Source: Calditrichia bacterium (lineage in GTDB: Bacteria; Calditrichota; Calditrichia; RBG-13-44-9; J075). From it: a stretch of 64,000 nt of DNA. The notes under the pieces were generated by a model. It was not told where the DNA came from. It did no database searches and saw only the letters and a program-made list of their open reading frames with translations. The stretch's first letter is position 1. Each line of letters begins with the position of its first letter. Of this stretch, positions 59,700-64,000 are shown in pieces. A program made the translations under genes and the position numbers. Location: contig OZ245730.1 of NCBI GenBank assembly GCA_965227145.1, positions 451,661-515,660 on the forward strand, given 5' to 3'.

Positions 59700-61142
59700 A
59701 TGGATTTGCCGTTGCCGAAATCGTTGAGTGAGATGATTGCTGAAAACGGGCAGGCGCCCGGCATCACCCGGATTATCCGGGATCTGATCGAGTCCGATCT
59801 GGGATCCGAGGAGAAGCAAAAAGCCTTTGAGGGGATTGCCTACTATAACGGCGATCACCAGATCCGCTACAAGAAGCGCTATTATTACGATAAGCACAAG
59901 AAGCGCCAGGAGGACACGATCAAGGAGAACGCCCGCCCGGTGAATAACTTCCACGCGGATTTTGTGGACGAGAAGGTTTTCTATGTGCTGGGGCAGCATC
60001 CCGGATTTACCTCGGTGAGCGAGCAGCTCGCCGGCGATCTGGACAAGGCGCTGGACCTGAGCTTTTACGAAACGCTGCAGAACGCGGTCGAGGGCGCCTC
60101 GAACAAGGGCAGCGAGTTTATTTATGTGTATGTGGAAAACAACGCTTTCAAATATACCGTGATGCCTTTCGAGGAGCTGATCATCATACGGGACCAGAGC
60201 ATTGCCAAAAATATTACGGACGTGGTGCGCTACTACCTGGTGGAGGTGATCACCGAGGGCGACAAAAAGCTCCGCTACCGGGTGGAGTGGTATAAGCCGG
60301 AGGCGGTGACCTACTTTATGGAGCAGGCGGACGGGAAGTTTGAGCTGGACGAGAACGAGCCGGTGAATCCCAAGCCCTATTTGACGCGGGTCCGGGAGGT
60401 GGAGCGCGTGAATATTCCGGTGGACTCGGCGGCCTGGGGGGCGCCGGCGCGGCTGCCGTTTATCGAGGTGGCCAATAACCGGCGCCGGCAGACAGACCTG
60501 GAGCGGATCAAGAGCCTGCAGGATTTATACAATGTGATTGAGGCGGGCTTTTTTGACAATATCGCGGATATGCAGGAGCTGGTGACGGTGGTGAAGGACG
60601 CGGTGGGCAGCGATCCGGCGGAGGTGCTGGAAAACCTGCGGCACTACAAGCTGGTGCTGGCTGAGGAGGGCGGCGGGATTGAGGCGGTGAAGGCGGAGAT
60701 TCCGGTGGAGGCGCGGGAAACGGCGCTGAAGCGGCTATACCGGGATATCCACCACTTTGGCAAGGCGGTGCTGTTTGAGCCGGACAAGTATGCCAGCGCG
60801 CCCTCGGGCGTGGCGCTGAAGTTCCTATATTCCCGGCTGGATATGAAGGCGGACGACGTGATCCTCTCGCTGCGGGCGGCGCTGAATGCCTTTGTGGAAT
60901 TTTTTGTGATTTTCCAGAAGTGGGCGAAGGGCGTTGACTATGGCGAAAATGCCTTTGTGGAGTGGACGTTTAACAAGTCTCAGATTTTTAACGAGGCGGA
61001 GCAGGTGGAGAGCTGCCAGAAGTCCAAGGGGATTGTGTCGGATGAAACGATTCTGGCGCACCATCCGTTTGTTTCGGATGTTCAGGAGGAGCTGAAGCGG
61101 GTGGAGACGGATCAGGATTTGAAATTGAACCTAGAAAATTAG
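59700..61142 (+). CDS. portal protein (SPP1 gp6-like) candidate
   Basis: 480-aa acidic protein directly after the terminase large subunit. Typical order and size. Confidence 0.5.
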   Translation: MDLPLPKSLSEMIAENGQAPGITRIIRDLIESDLGSEEKQKAFEGIAYYNGDHQIRYKKRYYYDKHKKRQEDTIKENARPVNNFHADFVDEKVFYVLGQHPGFTSVSEQLAGDLDKALDLSFYETLQNAVEGASNKGSEFIYVYVENNAFKYTVMPFEELIIIRDQSIAKNITDVVRYYLVEVITEGDKKLRYRVEWYKPEAVTYFMEQADGKFELDENEPVNPKPYLTRVREVERVNIPVDSAAWGAPARLPFIEVANNRRRQTDLERIKSLQDLYNVIEAGFFDNIADMQELVTVVKDAVGSDPAEVLENLRHYKLVLAEEGGGIEAVKAEIPVEARETALKRLYRDIHHFGKAVLFEPDKYASAPSGVALKFLYSRLDMKADDVILSLRAALNAFVEFFVIFQKWAKGVDYGENAFVEWTFNKSQIFNEAEQVESCQKSKGIVSDETILAHHPFVSDVQEELKRVETDQDLKLNLEN

Positions 61143-61208
61143 GCTAGCCAACCTATGGTTGGCATAGCCCGAATTTATTATAAATTACTTACTGGTACCG
61201 TTTTGTCA

Positions 61209-62702
61209 TCATCTTACATTTTTCACGCAGCGGATGTATAAAATATCGTTTTGAGAGGCAACAGCGGACCAGGTGCCGTTATCTCCATCAGCTATTTTTG
61301 TCATAATCGGGATTTGATTATTATTCTTTGGCCCCCACCACCCGCTTCTTTTTCCAAGGTAATAAAATTTTCCATTCCATAGCCATCCACCGGGGCGAGC
61401 AGAAAAGCCGGTTGAATTCGTGGCTTTACCATTGTTTGGCCAGTAATCCCCTGTTTCTCTTTTTTCTCTCAATTGATAAGCCGCAAATGTTAACCCTTTA
61501 GCACCCGGTTCTATCGTTATACCATCTACTTCTTTATCATACCATTTACGTAAAACCAATTCCCAATCCTCTTGGCCGGGAATTCGCCATCCGTTTGGGC
61601 AGACATCGCAATCTTTGATTGTGGTCCAATTGTAGAGCGGTCCATATACAACGCTGTTGCTGCTTTTGGGCGAATTATCGTGCCAATACATGGCCGCTTT
61701 GCTGTCTTTTTCATCTAAATTCACACGCTTGATATCTTTGATTGTTTGTGTGGAAGCATCCCACCACCGGCGTGCCCGCAGATTCTCTGCCATCCAAAAT
61801 CGATTGTCAATTTTTACAACCCGATAGAACGGATACAAATCAATTTTCGCCAAATTGTTGAGAATCCGTTCATCAAAAGATTTGATCCTGTTGGGTATGG
61901 CTGCCGTTATTTTTGTTAATGTTTCCTGTGCGAAACGATCATTTCTATATTTAACAACGAGGTATGCGACAAAACTTTCAGCAACATCTTCCCTGCATTT
62001 AAAATCAAAAGCATACTTTGAAATGTACATGGGATCATCGTTTTGAATTTGTTGCCATTCTTCCTTACAAACTTCCCCTTCATTGTAATATAAATAATCC
62101 AAGGCAGCATGGCATGACTCGTGAATCAAGGTTTCTTCTTCAACTTTTCTTCTTTCATAGTCCCTTGAATGTTCTCCATCAACTTGTAAATCTAACCACC
62201 CGACATTCCGGTTGCGATTACCCCCCCAAGCCAAATCGCCTTTCATTAGATTAATATGGTTAACGCCTTCACGTAAAAAGGCAGGAATCCTTCCCATCAT
62301 TGTTGCATATTTTATGGCAAGAGTTTTGGCATCTGCTTGATCTGGATAATCGCTCTTTCTAATATTTATTTTTGAGGTTATATCGTCATCATATGTAATG
62401 CTGAAAACATAAGCCTCAGGGTAATCCCAAGCACCAGCGCCATTGTTAGCCTCCCTATCGTACATTTCAACCCTTGGTTCAATTGTTGGGCCGGAAATTG
62501 TTTTATAGGTGGTTAGGTCGTCTTTATTCACCAGGTCCGAATATATAAAAGTTGTTCCATCTTCGGACATGTAATTTTGGGTTGTCTGGGCTTGCGTTTT
62601 ATAAGTTGAGAGAAAAAAACAGCACGCTACCAATCCTAGTAAGATTGTATTTTTTAAGATACATATTTTACGTTTTTTTTCAGTCCTTATTAATATACCC
62701 AT
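61209..62702 (-). CDS. lipoprotein with HExxH metalloprotease domain and C-terminal Fibrobacter succinogenes major paralogous (FISUMP) domain
   Basis: Lipobox LLGLVACC. Zinc motif LIHESCHAALD. C-terminus …WMAENL…YNW…CPNGWRIPGQEDWELV…TGFSARPGGW… matches the FISUMP pattern. The upstream in-frame extension to 62774 is probably not coding. AT-rich. Confidence 0.6.
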   Translation of the reverse strand: MGILIRTEKKRKICILKNTILLGLVACCFFLSTYKTQAQTTQNYMSEDGTTFIYSDLVNKDDLTTYKTISGPTIEPRVEMYDREANNGAGAWDYPEAYVFSITYDDDITSKINIRKSDYPDQADAKTLAIKYATMMGRIPAFLREGVNHINLMKGDLAWGGNRNRNVGWLDLQVDGEHSRDYERRKVEEETLIHESCHAALDYLYYNEGEVCKEEWQQIQNDDPMYISKYAFDFKCREDVAESFVAYLVVKYRNDRFAQETLTKITAAIPNRIKSFDERILNNLAKIDLYPFYRVVKIDNRFWMAENLRARRWWDASTQTIKDIKRVNLDEKDSKAAMYWHDNSPKSSNSVVYGPLYNWTTIKDCDVCPNGWRIPGQEDWELVLRKWYDKEVDGITIEPGAKGLTFAAYQLREKRETGDYWPNNGKATNSTGFSARPGGWLWNGKFYYLGKRSGWWGPKNNNQIPIMTKIADGDNGTWSAVASQNDILYIRCVKNVR

Positions 62703-63291
62703 CCATGTGCCTTTTTTTCCCATGCCTGTTGGAATACTATCCAACTTAATTTTTACTTGCGTAACTCGTTTCATACATTTGCCTCTTCTCTTTAGGTTAT
62801 TGTTGCCATAATCCTGATCAATGAAAGACTATGATGGGTTCATAACAGTTATTTTCAAAATGCTGTATGTGGCATGGGTAAGAGATTTTAGGTTTTTCAG
62901 AGTTTAAACGGCAGATGGATTATTAAAGCGAATATTTTCCGGTTCGTCATATAAGGCTGGTTTTCTTATAAAGGTAATTCACCAATATTTTGGAGATGCT
63001 GAACCCAGATTATCCAGGATTAAAAACTATTTCCGAGGTTTTCGCTTTTAACGAGTGCGAATTTTAGTAGAGAGGATATTGCTAAAACTAATTATACCGT
63101 AATTACGCGTTTTTGTCAAGTAGAAATCTGGCTCTGAAGGTTTTATTTTTTTTGCTAAGAAAAAGCTTGTAACAATTGGGTAATTTGAATCAGATCCAAC
63201 GATATAATATTTTTTCATAATATGATTGCGACTTCATATATCTTCAATTATACGCTTATAACTTTCTCCTGCGCTAACAAAGGAGTAAGTT

Positions 63292-64000
63292 ATCACCAGC
63301 ATAAACACCGAATTAGCTACACTTTTCAATAACGGCCGGGCGCTGACCGACCTGTTGCTCGCCGAATACGAGAGAACAATTGTCCAGCACTACCGGGATG
63401 CGCTGCGGGCGGTCCGTCGGGAAATTGCGGATGTTTATGCCAGGTTTGGGGATGACGTCAGCTATGCCGAGATGCAGAAGTATAAGCGGCTGGCCAGCTT
63501 GGAGCAGGCGATTGTGAAGGAGCTCCAGCGGCTGGGCGTACAGGCGCGCTCGGCGATCCGGGCAGGCATCAAGGATGTGTATTCCGCCAGCTACTACCAC
63601 TCCGCGTTTACGTTTGAAACTACCCTCCAGACAAAATTTGGCTTTGGCGCGCTGGATCCGGCGAAGATCGAGGCGGCGGTCTTTAACCCGCTGGACCGGA
63701 TCAAGTGGAGCGAGCGGCTTTCCGGGCACATCACGGTTCTGAACCGGCGGATCCAGTCGGCGATTACCCAGGGGCTGATCCAGGGCTATGGGTTGGCAAG
63801 GACTGCCCGGAGCGTCCGGGAGGCTATCGAGCGGAACGCCTACGAATCGCTGCGGATTATCCGGACGGAGTCCCAGCGGGCGCAGTCCGCGGCGCGGCTG
63901 GCAGCCATCGAGAAAGTTGAGGCGGCGTCTTCTGAACTGGGCTTCAGTGTTTACCGGGTATGGCTGGCTACATTGGATCAACGAACGCGGGAATCGCACC
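63292..64000 (+). CDS. phage head morphogenesis protein (SPP1 gp7 / Mu F-like); 3' end beyond window, start codon uncertain
   Basis: My own translation of the + strand gives …RIKWSERLSGHI…SVYRVWLATLDQRTRESH, the Mu-F family signature. The minus-strand ORF of the track over the same span is antisense to it. RBS aaggag at 63280. Confidence 0.7.
   Translation, partial: MTSINTELATLFNNGRALTDLLLAEYERTIVQHYRDALRAVRREIADVYARFGDDVSYAEMQKYKRLASLEQAIVKELQRLGVQARSAIRAGIKDVYSASYYHSAFTFETTLQTKFGFGALDPAKIEAAVFNPLDRIKWSERLSGHITVLNRRIQSAITQGLIQGYGLARTARSVREAIERNAYESLRIIRTESQRAQSAARLAAIEKVEAASSELGFSVYRVWLATLDQRTRESH

Larger units (their letters stand above)
33967..64000. mobile_element. integrated temperate prophage (tRNA-Leu-proximal end in window; other end beyond window) carrying three low-GC cargo cassettes
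   Basis: The tRNA 3' end is immediately followed by a tyrosine integrase. After that come a cI-like HTH with inverted-repeat operators, a replication/recombination module, RusA, a ParB-like protein, terminase small and large subunits, portal, and a head morphogenesis protein. The matching attachment repeat is not in this window. Confidence 0.75.

Noticed and set aside
63313-63999. 228-aa minus-strand ORF from the six-frame track
   Set aside because: The + strand over the same span translates to a Mu-F/SPP1-gp7 head morphogenesis protein with the family signature (…VWLATLDQRTRESH). The minus ORF is its antisense shadow.

Overview
The first ~33.8 kb is ordinary chromosome; a tRNA-Leu follows at 33885-33966, and from there to the window edge runs a >=30 kb integrated temperate prophage. 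The host is about 50% GC and looks like an FCB-group bacterium, because a type IX secretion C-terminal sorting domain is present. In the chromosomal part I can read: a T9SS cargo fragment, a FadL-like barrel fused to TPR repeats, and a partner-switching locus (RsbW-HAMP-PP2C fusion plus a STAS protein) in which both proteins carry transposase-derived HTH tails. Further on lie a type Vd patatin autotransporter, an M23 peptidase, a tightly coupled gatC-kdsB-pyrG-kdsA-kdsC-kdsD-lptC-lptA-lptB operon, and the tig-clpP-clpX-lon block on the minus strand. These are followed by thymidine phosphorylase, an EEP-family hydrolase, and a DUF4105 membrane protein. The prophage carries integrase, an orphan UmuD-like peptidase, a cI-like switch with operator repeats, a replication/recombination module (AAA ATPase, SbcC-like, GIY-YIG, SNF2 helicase, iteron-bearing replication organizer, RusA-like) and the start of a packaging/head module. 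It is interrupted by three AT-rich cargo cassettes. (1) 36.3-40.4 kb: a Hanks-type Ser/Thr kinase fused to a TGT/DpdA-like CxCxxC domain, with a possible nuclease and a secreted partner. I consider this the most likely undescribed system here. (2) 51.3-54.4 kb: a macro-domain protein plus a BglII-like Type II R-M pair. (3) 61.2-63.3 kb: a HExxH metalloprotease with a Fibrobacter-paralogous-domain lipoprotein. Just upstream of the terminase genes sits a ParB-like nuclease / ABC-type ATPase / GNAT / Fmt-like formyltransferase module with an A9 slippery run, which I read as a candidate nucleic-acid or tRNA modification system. Every call rests on motifs read by eye; I could run no database search.
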